From Octopus vulgaris (lineage: Eukaryota): a DNA stretch of 64,000 nt. Below, piece by piece: positions 1-13,423 of this stretch. The first letter of the stretch is position 1; every line of letters begins with the position of its first letter. Where the stretch lies: NCBI GenBank assembly GCA_951406725.2, contig OX597815.1, forward strand, positions 108,004,001-108,068,000, read 5' to 3'. The position numbers were made by a program, and so were the translations under genes. The notes beneath the pieces were generated by a model. That model was given only the letters and a program-made list of their open reading frames with translations, searched no databases and had not been told where the DNA came from.

Positions 1-200
1 TTTTATGTCCATTGTCCATGCTGGTTTGACCAGGAAGGCTGCACCAGACTCCAGTCTGATTTGATATGGTTTCTATGGCTGGATGCCCTTCCTGATGCCA
101 ACCACTCCGAGAGTGTAATGGGTGCTTTTATGTGCCACACCATGGGTGCCATTTGTGTAACACCAGCATCAGCCATGATTGTGATTTTACTTGACTTGAT
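1..200 (-). mobile_element. RTE-LINE 3'-end-derived repeat (family A), partial
   Basis: Reverse complement of the recurrent motif gagtggttggc-ttaggaagggcatccagc...catgccagcatggaaa...gttaaa(gat)n, seen about 20 times in the window. Confidence 0.8.
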
Positions 201-214
201 GGTTCTTTTTCTGA

Positions 215-560
215 ATACTTTGGAAACACAATGATATTATAAAGTTACAATATGAATCTCTAGCAGTATTTGGAAATCACAACATGGAAATTATATTGTA
301 GTTTAACATACTGACAGACCACCAGCATACAATAAAGCTGATATAATTTTCCATGACAAGACAACAATAGCATAATTATTATTGACATAGCAGGAGCAAA
401 TTACTTCAATGTTATGTTAAGATATTGAAAAACTTTCTTGAGTACAATAATATATTTAATTCAATAGATAACAATATTTGAAAATCTTAGTATAGCTATT
501 TTCTATATACCTGTGTCTATCGTTATGGATGATTTGTCAATGCAGTTGCACTAATTATAA
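215..560 (+). pseudogene. Degenerate restriction-like endonuclease (REL) region of a non-LTR retrotransposon (R4/NeSL-like)
   Basis: Reads approximately LTDR..YNKADIIFHDKTT...IIDIAG..KDIEKL across stops and frameshifts, resembling the PD..D..K-E-K REL motif. Confidence 0.4.
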
Positions 561-1037
561 ATAGGATGATGGATATTACTTAACTGCCTTATATTTTTAT
601 AATGCAGCTATATGTTAGTGCTCACTGCATGCACATTATTATAGTTATTTTGTATCATGTTAATAATTATCAAATTATTATGAAAGAATGTGGTTTAATG
701 GTTTTAGTGTTTAGGTCATGGCATTAAGACTTTGGGCTTGATTCCTGTGCATTATGTTCTTCAGCATATTTCACATTGCTCCAATCTACTCATCTAAAGA
801 TAAGTACCAGCTAGATGCCAGTGTACATCTCTCTCTTTCTCTCTGTCTCACCTCATCCAGCTATCACATACTTGTACAGCTGTGTAAGTGAGTATATATC
901 TATTTCAGCTGCCATCTTTTAAATCCATTCAGAAAGATTTAGTCAGGGCTATAGTTGAATTGAACCTAGAGCCTTGTGGTTGGGAAGCAGTCACTTTACC
1001 ACACAGCTGCACACACACTCACACACACATGTTATTA

Positions 1038-1095
<58 letters not shown>

Positions 1096-1162
1096 ATAAT
1101 AAGGAGAATAGAGATTTATATGTTCAGTTTTATTCTGCTGCCAATCACATCTTTCCATTTAT

Positions 1163-1258
1163 GTGCTTACATATGTTTCTGCTGCAATTCCATGTACACT
1201 GCAAAATTTTGCTTCTTGGTGTGCATTTTGGTGTTAATTTCCACTTCTTCAGGGTGCT
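1163..1258 (-). ncRNA. Hammerhead-ribozyme-like motif (degenerate) in a (TA)n-flanked element
   Basis: Minus strand: CTGAAGA...GAAA-CATATG-TA; same family as the 2173-2263 motif; stems I and II weak. Confidence 0.5.
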
Positions 1259-1276
1259 ATTAACAGCTTTTATATA

Positions 1277-1339
<63 letters not shown>

Positions 1340-1775
1340 GGAAGCAAAGTGGCTGAGTTCCTTTAGAACATTGGGTCTCATGGAGGCAAAGTGTTTGAGT
1401 TCCTTTCAAGTGTTGGGCTTACAGAGGCAATGACTGAGACCTTTGGCATTGTATTGTCCTTGAGAAGAAGACCCATCATGCTGAGCAAAATTGCAATCGT
1501 GGCAAAAACCGACATCAGGCAAATTGGCACTGTGCTGGTGACATATAAATATACCCCAGTGTCATGCAAATGGCACCTGTGGTGGTGACACATAAAAGCA
1601 CCCATTGCACTCTCGGAGTGGTTGGCACTAGGAAGGGCATCCAGCAGTAGAAAACTATGCCAAATCAAACTTGAGCCTGGTGCACCCTTCCAGTGTGCCA
1701 GCCTAGTCAAACTGTCCAACCCATGTCAGCATGAGCAATGGACGTTAAATGATAATCATGGTGATGATGATGATA
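1340..1775 (+). mobile_element. RTE-LINE 3' end (ORF2 tail plus family A 3' UTR)
   Basis: Frameshifted LGLTEAMT...DLW...LEK-like remnant followed by the family A body and (GAT)n. Confidence 0.7.
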
Positions 1776-1824
1776 TAAATATATATATATATAATATATA
1801 CATTCACACATACATACATATATG

Positions 1825-2060
1825 ATGGTGTCACGTAAGATGCACCCTTTCTAGTGTCATGTATAAAGCACTCATGTCAGTGCCATGTGAAAAGCACTCA
1901 GTACGCTCTGCAAAATGGTTGGCATTAGGAAGGGCATCCAAATGTAGCAGCTATGCCAGAACAGACAATTGGAGCCTGGACAGCTCTTTAGCAGGTCAGC
2001 TCCTGTCAAACCGTCCAACCCATACCCGCATGGAAAACAGATGTTAAATGATGATGATGA
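1825..2060 (+). mobile_element. Family A RTE-tail repeat
   Basis: ggttggcattaggaagggcatcca...catggaaaacagatgttaaatgatgatgat. Confidence 0.8.
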
Positions 2061-2172
2061 TATATATATAAGAGTGATGCAACTATTTATAGTAATACCA
2101 ACACCTCCTAAGAGACACTCCATTCATTCAAGTTCCTGATTTTTTCTGATTAACTTTGAATGGTGGTAAATA

Positions 2173-2263
2173 ATGGACCCTGAAAATGCTGCATCGACAA
2201 TAAAAACCAAAATGTGCACCTAACAGTGTGCAGTTGATGCAGTTGAGACACATGTAGGTCCAT
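2173..2263 (+). ncRNA. Type-I hammerhead ribozyme motif with two core substitutions
   Basis: Stem I ATGGACC/GGTCCAT (7 bp); core CTGAAAA; stem II GCTGCATCGAC/GTTGATGCAGT; GAGA in place of GAAA; stem III CACATG; GTA triplet. Confidence 0.7.
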
Positions 2264-2514
2264 GAAAGAATGCTGTAAATAATTGTAAATAACTGTTTAA
2301 TAAAATTATTGAAATATATATATATATATACATACATACACATTCATACATGCATGTATACATCATGTTAGTGTCATGTAAAATGCATGCATAAATACAT
2401 GCATATATATATATATTTAGAGTGTTTTGGTAATTCCTTGATACAGATATAATATTGGAGATTTTTTTCTTAAAGAGTTAAGATTGAGAAAAGAACCTTT
2501 TTAGAAAGTCGAAA

Positions 2515-2737
2515 ATCAACAAGAGGGTTGCAGCCTGGGGAGTTAGGTGTCCAGATGTTAGGGGTGATGTGCTCACAGAAATTGTCTGACAGCCATGACT
2601 GGGTTCTCCTGCTTGTGCGTTATGGCACAGAGTCCTGTTGCCAGACATAAGGTCTTCCAGCAGCCATCCTCTTGACTCTGGGCAGGACTACCTCCTCCAG
2701 GCACTTGATGTAGGCCTCCGTGTTGAGTCTAAGGCCT
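2515..2737 (-). mobile_element. Internal DD37D transposase fragment between inverted repeats
   Basis: Reverse-complement homolog of 3222-3440, flanked by IR arms 2457-2502 and 2738-2783. Confidence 0.8.
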
Positions 2738-2869
2738 CAAAGATTCTTTTCTCAATCTTAACACTTTGAGAAAAAATCTTCTCTACAAATATATATATAG
2801 ATACATATATATTTATATTTATATATATATACAGGGTGCAATGGGTAAGTTTTCATTTATATATATATA

Positions 2870-3738
2870 CAGGGTGCAATGGGTAAGTTTTCTATTTTCA
2901 ATTTCTTGCATGTGCATTGTTTGTTTTTGATTTTGTTGACTACACAGTATAGTAAGGTCAGTTGGGCACTGTCTGTGAGGAAAACAGAATGATGATGTAA
3001 TTCACTCTGCCAAAATTTTGGAAACAACATGCTGTACTATTTGGTATTTGTGCTGGAAGTTCCAATACGAAAAGATGGTGAACACATAGAACAACCGTTA
3101 TCGTGCCATGTCCCCAGAGCATGCACTGAGAGTGATAAAAATCAAACATCCTGTCAACATCATGGTGTTTGGAGTGATCACTAGTGATGGTGACGCTATG
3201 CCTCCATTCATCTTCCCACATGGCCTCAGACTCAACACAGAGGCCTATATCAAGTGCCTGGAGGAGGTAGTCCTGCCCTGAGTCAAGAGGGTGGCTGCTG
3301 GAAGGCCCTATGTCTGGTAACAGGACTCTGTGCCATGACACACAAGCAGGTGGACCCAATTATGGCTGTCGGATAATTTCTGCAAGCTCAACGTCCCTAA
3401 CATTTGGCCACCTAACTCTCCAGACTGAAACCCTCTTGATTATTATGTGTGGGTCGCAGTTGAGCGAGAGACCAACAAAACTCCTTGTAGCACCAAAGAT
3501 GAATTGAAGGCAAGGATTATGGCAGCATTGACCAACTTAAACAAGGAGAGCATACAGAAAAGTTGCAGGAGATTCTGACATCGTCTAGAGGCCGTGGTTG
3601 AAGCCAATGGCGATTTTATTGAATAAATTTACTCTTTAGTTTTTCAAGATATTTTTATCTAATTTTGGTAAATATATCTGTTGAAATGTTATTTTCATTT
3701 TTGCATAGTTTAGATCACAGTTTATTCTCTGCACCCTG
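2870..3738 (+). mobile_element. Tc1/mariner-superfamily maT-like (DD37D) element, internally deleted and non-coding
   Basis: TIRs CAGGGTGCA/TGCACCCTG with TA flanks; remnant MVFGVITSDG..MPPFIFPHGLRLNTEAYIKCLEEVVLP...QD-x37-D (WPPNSPD.NPLDYYVW; spacing counted on a by-eye family consensus)...RLEAVVEANGDFIE*. Confidence 0.9.
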
Positions 3739-4526
3739 TACATAGAAAATGATGGATATAAATATAAAGCAAAAATTCAAATTCAAATCATGAAGTTATT
3801 TTTTTTACTGCATTATCAAGTATGATCATGCAAATATAAAGCATGAAGTAGGCTCTTCCTTTCTTTCAGTCTTAAAATTAAAGGTTAAGTTTATCTATCT
3901 GTTTTATAGATTAAGACAAATTCCCTTTGCCATATATATGAACAAAATCCCCACATATTTATTTTACAAAACAAAAAAGTAATTGATATCTTTCACATCA
4001 ATAATAATGGCTCTGACAGTGTAGCCTGCAGCCTAGCAATACCCACTAGAAACCAAATATATCTATGCGACAATGCCTTTTCCAATTTAACGCTACTGTG
4101 CTTTACTTTACCAAACATTTGTTCAGTGATCTATGTATGCAGGTTGTTTTCACAAGTAATTTCTCACTTCTGATTCTTATTAAGAAGAAAACCAAAAAGT
4201 CATGCCGGATTGCTTTCTTTTAAATGGAAATGCTTACATCATTATTGGAAGTTCAATATCACACAATGCATAGTGACTGAACTTTAATTAAGAGCAGCTA
4301 GTGGGTAAATTGTATTAAAATAGTACAGTGATAGAAAAGGTAGGGTTTTACTCAAGACACCTAATAGTATTCATTTTCATCACTATTCATTCAGATTTCA
4401 AATTTTGTCAAAGTTGATTTAACATCTCTACTCATTGAGAATTGCTGTTCATGTTTAGATCCAGTTCAACTTTGACCATGCACACATATAATCAAAGATG
4501 GTCCTGCCATGAACATGTATACTCTA

Positions 4527-4528
4527 TG

Positions 4529-4595
<67 letters not shown>

Positions 4596-4652
4596 GTCTA
4601 TCTGTCTACCTGTTTGTCTGTCTGTCTGCCTATCTGTCTGTCTGCCTGCCTA

Positions 4653-4695
<43 letters not shown>

Positions 4696-4720
4696 GCCTG
4701 CTTGCCTGTCTACCTGCCTG
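4527..4720. repeat. (TATC)n/(TGTC)n compound microsatellite
   Basis: Direct reading. Confidence 0.95.
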
Positions 4721-5254
4721 TACACACACACCTGGTGAAAATGGGTTTTTTTCTCATGATGTAATGTCTCCATTAATCCATTAAAATTTCATTGGAAAGA
4801 GCTATTGTGACTTGACACATCATCCATCTGGTGTTATTCATTCATTTATATATATATACACACATAGAGGAACTGACATTACTACCATTTTAACCCCAGG
4901 AGTATGCATTCTCCAGTTGGTTATTCGTTGCAGTGTGCATTGCAAGCAGGGGAGTGAACCCTTACCATCTCCCAGCCATGAGTCTAGTACAGCTACAAGC
5001 TCTTTGTGCTCATCCTCGGTGGTAGACACTCATCCATGATTGGGTGTTACTTACTTTCTATATATTGTGAGCTGGATTGAATTACTGCTATTTCTAGCAT
5101 AACTTAATGGTTTGTTAAAAGAGACTGATAGAATAAGTACCAGGCTTTAAGAAATTAAGTAACAGGTCAATTCACCCAACTAAATATTCTTCAAAGCAGT
5201 GCCCCAGCATGGTAACAGTCTAATGACTGAAACATATGAAAGATAAGAGACAGA

Positions 5255-5289
<35 letters not shown>

Positions 5290-5299
5290 AATATATATA

Positions 5300-5542
<243 letters not shown>

Positions 5543-5599
5543 CGTTTGTAAAAAAACATAAACCCGAAAGAAGAAGCACACTCTAAGATATAGAGCAGT

Positions 5600-5789
5600 A
5601 TATATAAAAAATAGGGAAGGCCAGTTTATAGATTTACCTTAGGTTTCCCATCCATAAAAGGTTTAGCTTTATGGTGAATCATCATAAAGCTAAACCCTTT
5701 ATGGATGGGAAAACTGACAATTTGCCATATAAAGCTAAGCTCTTTATGACTGAGAAACCTAATGTAATCCCATAAACCAGCCTTCCCCA

Positions 5790-5800
<11 letters not shown>
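5600..5800. repeat. Nested fold-back element between (TA)n tracts
   Basis: Inner hairpin tttcccatccataaaaggtttagctttatggtga/tcatcataaagctaaacc-tttatggatgggaaa inside an outer IR gggaaggc...cttaggtttc/gaaacctaa...gccttccc. Confidence 0.8.
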
Positions 5801-5870
<70 letters not shown>

Positions 5871-6005
5871 GGTATGTTGGTGCAAACAAGAAAAATGGAA
5901 CTCAAAATATGAGTACATGTATATTTCTATTGATATTTAGCATAAGTAACTCAAGTGTCAATGCATGAAACTCTTGGACCTTGAGTCACTCTGTTACTTC
6001 TGCTA

Positions 6006-6057
<52 letters not shown>

Positions 6058-6296
6058 AAAAGAAGACAAGGTAGAAAATACTAAAATAATTTTATCATGA
6101 AGAACATTTTAGTACTTTTAGTACCAGTTTCAGTCTTTGCAACTTTTTCAACTTAGAGTAAAGCATGAAAAACTGTGGAAAAATGAAATGAAATGTTTTT
6201 TAAAATATTTCCATAGTTTTCATATACGATGGACATTTTCCTTTTTTTTCTATCTGTCTATCTCCCTTTTTTACTATTGTGAAGGCTTAGTAGCAG

Positions 6297-6490
6297 GGCT
6301 GGTGGCATGTAAAAAGCACCCACTACACTCTTGGAGTGGTTGGAGTTAGGAAGGGCATCCACCTGTAGAAACATTGCCAGATCAGATTGGAGCGTGGTGC
6401 AGTCTTCTGGCTTTCCAGCCCTCAGTCAAACCGTCCAACTCATGCCTGCATGGAAAGCGGACATTAAGCAAAGATGATGATGATGATGGT
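6297..6490 (+). mobile_element. Family A RTE-tail repeat
   Basis: Near-consensus body with (GAT)n tail. Confidence 0.85.
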
Positions 6491-6499
6491 ATAACATCG

Positions 6500-7050
6500 T
6501 CAAACAGGAGACTTCTCCCACTTACTTTTTTGATCACAGCATTAATATAGAAAGAATGTCTTTACATTCTTATCTTATCCATAATGAGGAATTAATATCT
6601 TTTTTCAAGTGTATTGTACATTGCTGAAATAAAGTACTGTGTCAGCAATGTGTAAAATTGTATATATATTCTCTTGAGAAAGTTGTACTCTAGCTTGAAT
6701 ATATTGCATAGCATCTTCTGTTAACATGCATTCATGCTGTTCATGAGGAAGTTGTTCTCATGCACTATTTTGGAACCAATATGCATGTATGCTGTTCATG
6801 AGAAAATTGCTGTCATGCTTTTTTTCACCAAATAGTGATTGCTTATCTTTGATTTTTCTCCCCTTTCTTTTTCATTCATTCGTTGTCTCCTTGCACGCTG
6901 CCTTGTTCTTGTTTCTCTGCATGATATTTTGCTTTGTTCATTCATATTTGGACATTCATTGAATATGCCTGAACAAAATGCAATTGCATTTGAGAGAGAT
7001 GGAAAATTATGAAATCTTTGTAAACTTTTTGTCTTGCGTGTTGTGATCAC
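6500..7050 (-). pseudogene. Possible Helitron Rep-Hel N-terminal remnant
   Basis: Charged RQRARRQRMNEKER segment followed downstream by degraded C..CC spacing; resemblance only. Confidence 0.25.
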
Positions 7051-7114
7051 AGGTAATGCTGATATTGTTTATACTATATCATCTAATAAATAGTAAACTG
7101 ATGATGAAAAATAT

Positions 7115-7630
7115 TTTCTACAAACATTTCATTTAACAAACTGAATATTAATTATCTTCTTATTATATTATTTCAAAACTTGAAATATTTTATAATATAA
7201 TTAATAAATAATATATGCACACCAAAGAACCTTTCTTTTGTATCTTTACATGTTGGAAATTATTTTTCCTGTTATTTCATTATTCCTCTATTGTTGTATA
7301 AAGTATGGTTTATCAAAGTGTAGTTGCAATAGATAGGAATAGAAAAAGCATGGAATATAAGTAAACTCTTTGCTTTCATGTTATGGCTGCATGTGGTATT
7401 GATTTAGTTCTTAATTTTTTTTACTTCATAAATCAGTGTTTTAAAAAATATGTTTACAACAAATATTTAATTTAACAAACTGAATATTGATTAATTTCTC
7501 ATTACATTATTCTAAAGTTTGAAATATTTCTAATTATAATTAATGAATATTATATACACAATAGAGAAATTTTTTTGGTATGATGCATATGACAACAATG
7601 ACTTTTTCTGTTATTTTATTGCATTATTCT
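7115..7630 (+). repeat. Diverged direct duplication, about 180 bp unit at 335 bp spacing
   Basis: atttaacaaactgaatatt...tgaaatattt...atata-cac at about 7130 and about 7470. Confidence 0.7.
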
Positions 7631-7962
7631 TATATATATGTCTCATCATCATCATCACCCTCCTCCTCCTACTCCTCCTCCTCCTCATCATCATCATTTA
7701 ACATCTGCCTTCCATGATGGCATGGGTTGGAAAGTTTGTCAGGAACTGGCAAGCCAAGAGGATTGCACTAAAGCTGCCACACTGTCTGTCTTGGCATGGA
7801 TTTTTTTCAGATGGATGCCCTTCCTAATGCCATATGTCTATATACCTGTATCTGTACCTATCTATCTACTATGTATGCATGTATATATCTAACACCCACA
7901 CATGCATACATGTATGTATGTATGTATGTATGTATGCATGCATGCATGCATGCACGTATGTA

Positions 7963-7997
<35 letters not shown>

Positions 7998-8025
7998 ATG
8001 TATGTATGTATGTATGTATGTATGT

Positions 8026-8065
<40 letters not shown>

Positions 8066-8463
8066 ATGTATGTATACATATTCGATGTACTCAATAAAGT
8101 AGGTCTTTATAAAACCAAGGTTCTGTTTTCATCATTACACTGTGTCTTTCTGGATTACTGAAACCTGGCTGCTATTTCTAGGAGGTCAGATAACTGTATA
8201 AAACTCTCATTTTTTAAATATGTGTGTGTATAATAGTAATATTTGAGGCAGATCATGCATGTCAAAGAGAATTTTTTTAATAATAATTTTATCCAACGTA
8301 TTAACATGACATTTCAGTGAAATATCTTAGCCAAGACTTCTTTAGGCATAAAATATATAGTAGTAAATGATAAGTTTCACTTAATTGCTTTCATTCACAA
8401 TGAACAATGTCTTCAGGAATTTTTTTAGAAACTCCCAGTTGTTGTATATCCATAAATATTTAA

Positions 8464-8683
8464 CTCTTTAGCATTTAAACTGGCCATATCCGGTTCAAAT
8501 ATTCTACTTGTTTTATGTTAAAACTGGCCAAGTCCAGCCTCTCACACCTACCCAACAATACCATTCTTAAAATAAGCAATCACATCATCAAAATCTCAAA
8601 GCTATGAGATTATTCATGATTAATTCAAAGCAATGTGAATATATATACATTACATTTGACTGAGTCATCTGAATGCTAATGGT
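8464..8683. mobile_element. TTAA-flanked MITE (piggyBac-like)
   Basis: TTAA-CTCTTTAGCATT ... AATGCTAATGGT-TTAA imperfect TIRs. Confidence 0.7.
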
Positions 8684-9629
8684 TTAAGTGGAAAATAATA
8701 TATTTACTTTGCAAACAGCAGAATTTACTGTTTTACTGACTAAAGTTTTGGCAAAATAATTAGCTTACAGTGGTAGAAGGAACAGCAGTCAATAAAATCA
8801 AATACGTTTATAGCAGAAGTAAATCTACCAACTGAAGGCTTTAGTAAATCTGTAACTACTTTTATTACTTTTCACTTTCTTCTTCCATCTCCCACCACTG
8901 AAAAAACAACTCAATTTTATCAAAAATAAAGACAAATTTTATTTTTCCTGCACATGTGAGTTCAATGAATAAATTGAATAAATTAACCATAAGTTCGATT
9001 TTATCCCCACTGGGGCGTATTAGCAGAGTTGTTAAACTGTCAAATAGAATACCATACAGTATTTGTTCTGACTTTCTGCACTCTGATTTCAAATCCTGCC
9101 ATGGTTAATTTTTACCATTCATCCCATCAGCTTTGATAAATGAACTACCAGCACGAAGCTGTGAATTAGTGGAACTGATGAATGAAGGGCTAAATACCTT
9201 ACTGTATTAATCGCATCTGGTTGCCTTCTAATTTTGAATCATACCACAGTTGAAATCCTGTCTGACTGCCTTCTGAGTTCAAGTCATACTACAGTCGACT
9301 TGAGTGGTAGATTTAATCCTTTACCCATTCTAACACCATCAACTCTCATTCAAGGTGCCTGATAATGATGTCATGGGAAATGTCTCTCTAAAAGATAAGA
9401 AAAATAAATTATTTGAAAATTATCTTGATCTGAGCATAGGATAGATGTGTTGATGGATGGGCAGATAGAGAAACATCATGAGGTGGTGGTGAGTTGACAG
9501 AATTGGACAAAATGTTTAGCAGCAATTTTATTTCATGTTATGTATACTCAAGAGGAAATTATATGACTGAGCTCAAGTGCTGATACAAGAAAATATTAGT
9601 TTATTGTTGTATTGGGTAAAAGCAAAGAG

Positions 9630-9830
9630 CAGGCAGAATTGCTAGTGGTGTTTCTTTTTGAATTTTTTTGAAACATTATATTCTGACTTCAAATTCCACC
9701 GAGATCAACTTTGCTTTTCATGTTTTCGGAGGTGATAAAATATGTACCAGATATATAATGGGGTCAATGTAATTAACTTGCATTCTTCCCTCAAAATTGC
9801 TGGCTTTGTGCCAAAATTAGAAAGAAGTAT
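9630..9830 (+). mobile_element. tRNA-headed SINE family C, diverged
   Basis: ggcagaatt...ttcaaattcc (B-box-like), then tttcatgttttcggaggtgataaaatatgtaccag. Confidence 0.6.
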
Positions 9831-10811
9831 TGAGTGATGCAACTGATGCAGTGGTTCAAGCAGTTGTTTTTATATTTATTAGTTACTATACTAAACCTAC
9901 AGACCAATAGTTCAAATCCATTTTAATATTGAACTTAAATGAATTACATAAGCTACAAAATGCAAGAATAGAGGCTGAATCCATTTCTGAATAAACTGAA
10001 ACTGTTATTCAATATAGAGAGCTGAGTATGTTCCATCATATCTTAAAAATACACAAGGCACATATAATCAGAAATACCTCAAATTAATGCTTAATAGATT
10101 ATAATAGAATATAATTAATATGATACTAAATCACAACAAATCAAGCTATATGAGCTATAAAGTATGACTTTATCATATTATGTGTTATAATATAATTAGG
10201 AAACCATAAAAATTCTAAATTTATCATACAACTCAAATTACATCTCAGTTATTGTGGCAGCAAACTCTTCATTTATGAAAATCAGTTTTGAAGGGGAAGA
10301 AAAGTGAAAACTTCCTAAATGTCTTCCTAAATTGATACCAAATTAGAGAATATGAAAAGGCAAAAAACAAAGTAAATAAATAAATTCTTCAATCACTGAC
10401 AACATTCAATTAGCAAATAGAGTATAATATTTTATTTTTTTAGTTGATTTTTCCCCCTATTCTGTGATTATTCATTATCACTTGGTGTAACATCTGCCAC
10501 TCAACACTAAGAGAAGTAAACAATATTTTCAAGGGTATTTTATATTGCTTGAAGTAAGTCTGTTAATTTCTATTGAAGATGCTATTTCATGAAGACCAAA
10601 GTTTCCAACCATGTCCATCCCATCTAGCATTGCTTCTTAAGATTTAGAAATTAAAAGCTGTCCCTATTTTGGAAATGATATTAGGCTTATTGTAGATTTT
10701 CAGTTTGCTAAATTTAGAATACTTGGCAACTATAATATTTAGAAACGTGTATAAAGCTCATTTGCTGTCTTTGTTGTTGCAGTTAGAATTACTATTATAT
10801 AATTTGTATTA

Positions 10812-12079
10812 TGAGGGTGGGCTGAAAAGTTCATAGGTTGATTATGAAGGAGTGATGCTAGAGCTGTGAAATCTTGCACGCATTAAATTCAACTCTTCTT
10901 ATTAATAGCTTCATTGCTTATTTCCAGGTAAACTCATATCTGACTGTTCAAAGAAAACTTCAAAAGTAAATAGTAGCTATGTCTCCAGATAATGGACACA
11001 GTTTGGTTTGACATAGTGGTGTTATCAAGTACATTTAGAAAAAAGGTTTAGCCCCCAATTACATGTTGAAATGGTTGCTTTATTAGGGGATGCTGCTCCA
11101 GCTTTATCAGCAATGCAAAAGTGGGCAGCTGAATTTTGGAGGGGGAGGGAGAGTCTTGAAGACAACCCAAGGTCTGGACGTCCTGCAACTGTCACCACCA
11201 AGGAAAACATTGATTGTGATCCCCACATGGTGATGAATATTAACATATCCCTTGAGAGAGTTAAGAATATTGCTCAAAATGAACCAGGCATGATGAAGAC
11301 GAAGATTTCTGCCTGGTGGGTGGTACATCTGACATCTGTTCAAAAGCACACCATGATGATCACATCATGGGAAAATCTGACATTGTTTGAGGCAAATCCA
11401 GCTGGTTTCCTTGAACATTTCCTAACTCAGGATGAGTGTTGGCTCCATCACTTTGAGCTAGAGTCATAGAGACAATCCATGCAGTGGAAACACCCTTCCT
11501 CACCTGCTCCAAAGAAGGTCAAGGTCATTTCATCTGCAGAGAAGGTGATAGCCTCAGTTTTGTGGAATGCAAAAGGCATTGTACCTATGGTCTACTTTTC
11601 AAAAGAGCTACACCCTCGATGAAGAGTGCTATGCCAACTCACTGAGTCACTTATGAAAGGCTAGCAAGATCAAACACCCTAGAAAACTGACGAAAGGGGT
11701 CTGTTTCCTCAGGACAAAACTTCAGCACACAAGTCCTTGGTTTCAATGGCTACTGTGCCTTACTGTGGCTTTGAACTAGCTGATCATTCTTCCCATTCTC
11801 CTGATTTGGTCCTATCTAACTATTACTTGTTCCCCAACATAAAAAAAAAACATAAAAAATTTGGCTGGGAACCAGTATTGCAGTGGTGATGATGTCATGT
11901 CTGATGTTGATGACTTTTTTGATGAATAGGATAAAAGTTTCTTCCCGAATGGGATCCAAGCACTGCAACACTGATGGAAGAAGTGTGTGGACCACAAAGG
12001 AGACTATGTTGAAAAATAAACCCCATATAGTCGTATTCCATCAGAGCATCTTGGTCACAAACTTTTTAACCACTTCTCA
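10812..12079 (+). mobile_element. Full-length degenerate mariner (DD34D) transposon
   Basis: TA-TGAGGGTGGGCTGAAAAGTT ... AACTTTTTAACCACTTCTCA-TA; ORF 11071-11469 has EDNPRSGRP, ISAWWVVHL and TQDECWLHHFE; later HSPDLVLSNYYLFPN; stops and frameshifts present. Confidence 0.92.
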
Positions 12080-12459
12080 TAGTTCATTTAAAAAAAATCT
12101 GTAGTTTATGAATAAACAATTATTTAAATTGTGTTGAAAAACAATCATAACATATCACATATGATCTTAGTTTACATGGTATAAGTAAGTCAAAGAAAAC
12201 CTTTGGAAAAGTAGCTATTAACTGCTTGATGGTTTTGTTAAATCCAGCTGTCAGTACATATATATATTTTTACCACAAAAATTTATGGCTGATTTAGCAA
12301 AATGTTAATGTATATATTAAAAATTAATATAAACAGCTTGAAACAATATAATACCATAAAGGAAAAATTTTATCATCACTAGTTGTGAGCAAGGGTGCCG
12401 AAGCACCTATATTACAAGAAATAAGAGTTAAAAACTCTTAATTCTGTAAGAAGCATGTA

Positions 12460-12517
<58 letters not shown>

Positions 12518-12916
12518 TGGCAGGGGAGATAACTGGGCCCATGCACATCAATCAGATCACTGAACTAGACTAGTTTTGCCTATTTGTGACATTTGTGCAG
12601 ATAACCACTTAACAATTTATTATGATTTGTCAGCTGCAGACCACCACCAACAAAATGTGCCTCTTAATCCAGGTGAAATAGATTCTTCAGTTAATGATTC
12701 CAATTATTGCATAAATATACTCAATAAAGAACAGAAGGTTGTTTTTGAGTCAAAGAAAAAAAATCCCTCAGGAATTATGAAAGTAACCAAATAATTATTG
12801 ATGCTCCAGGAGTAAAAGGCAAAACTTACCTGCTGAACTTCCTACTTCCCTATGTTTGCAAAAATGATTGAACTGTGCTTGATACAGCTTCACCAAATGT
12901 TACAGTATCATTATTC

Positions 12917-13129
12917 TTTTCTTCTCTAAGCACAAGGCCCATAATTTTTGGGGAGGATGCCAGTCGATTAGATCGACCTCAGTATGCAACTGGTACTTAA
13001 TTTATTCGACCCCAAAAGGATGAAAGGCAAAGTCGACCTCGGCAGAATTTGAACTCAGAATGTAAAGACAGACAAAATACTGCTAAGCATTTTGCCCGGC
13101 ATGTTAATGTTTCTGCCAGCTTGCCACCT
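12917..13129 (-). mobile_element. tRNA-headed SINE family C with TSD
   Basis: Minus-strand head ggcaagctggcagaaacattaac...gagttcaaattc; TSD tgttacagta(t/a)cattatt at 12899-12916 and 13130-13147. Confidence 0.9.
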
Positions 13130-13423
13130 TGTTACAGTAACATTATTAAAACATAACGGGACTGCCTATTCTCATTTCAAGTTTTTCTTTCTGGTACAAT
13201 CTAAATCAACCAGTAATATCTCCTCATGATACAATCGGTCACCTTCTGCAAAATGCCCAAGCCATTGGTGTATAATGAAGCCCCAATGTGTCTCTGACAT
13301 CTCAAAGCTTTGAATTGCACACTTCCAAGATGTAATGAATAAAGAGCAACTTCTTTGAGCAAAACTATAAGGTGCTCAATGGAGATTTTTGGCAAATTTT
13401 TCCACTCCATAAAGCTTAAAATT

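Noticed and set aside
4838-5029. 63-aa ORF in a GC-richer patch
   Set aside because: No recognisable motif or splice context; probably an unidentified TE fragment
11071-11469. SETMAR-like host gene
   Set aside because: No SET domain; it lies between TIRs and has stops and frameshifts
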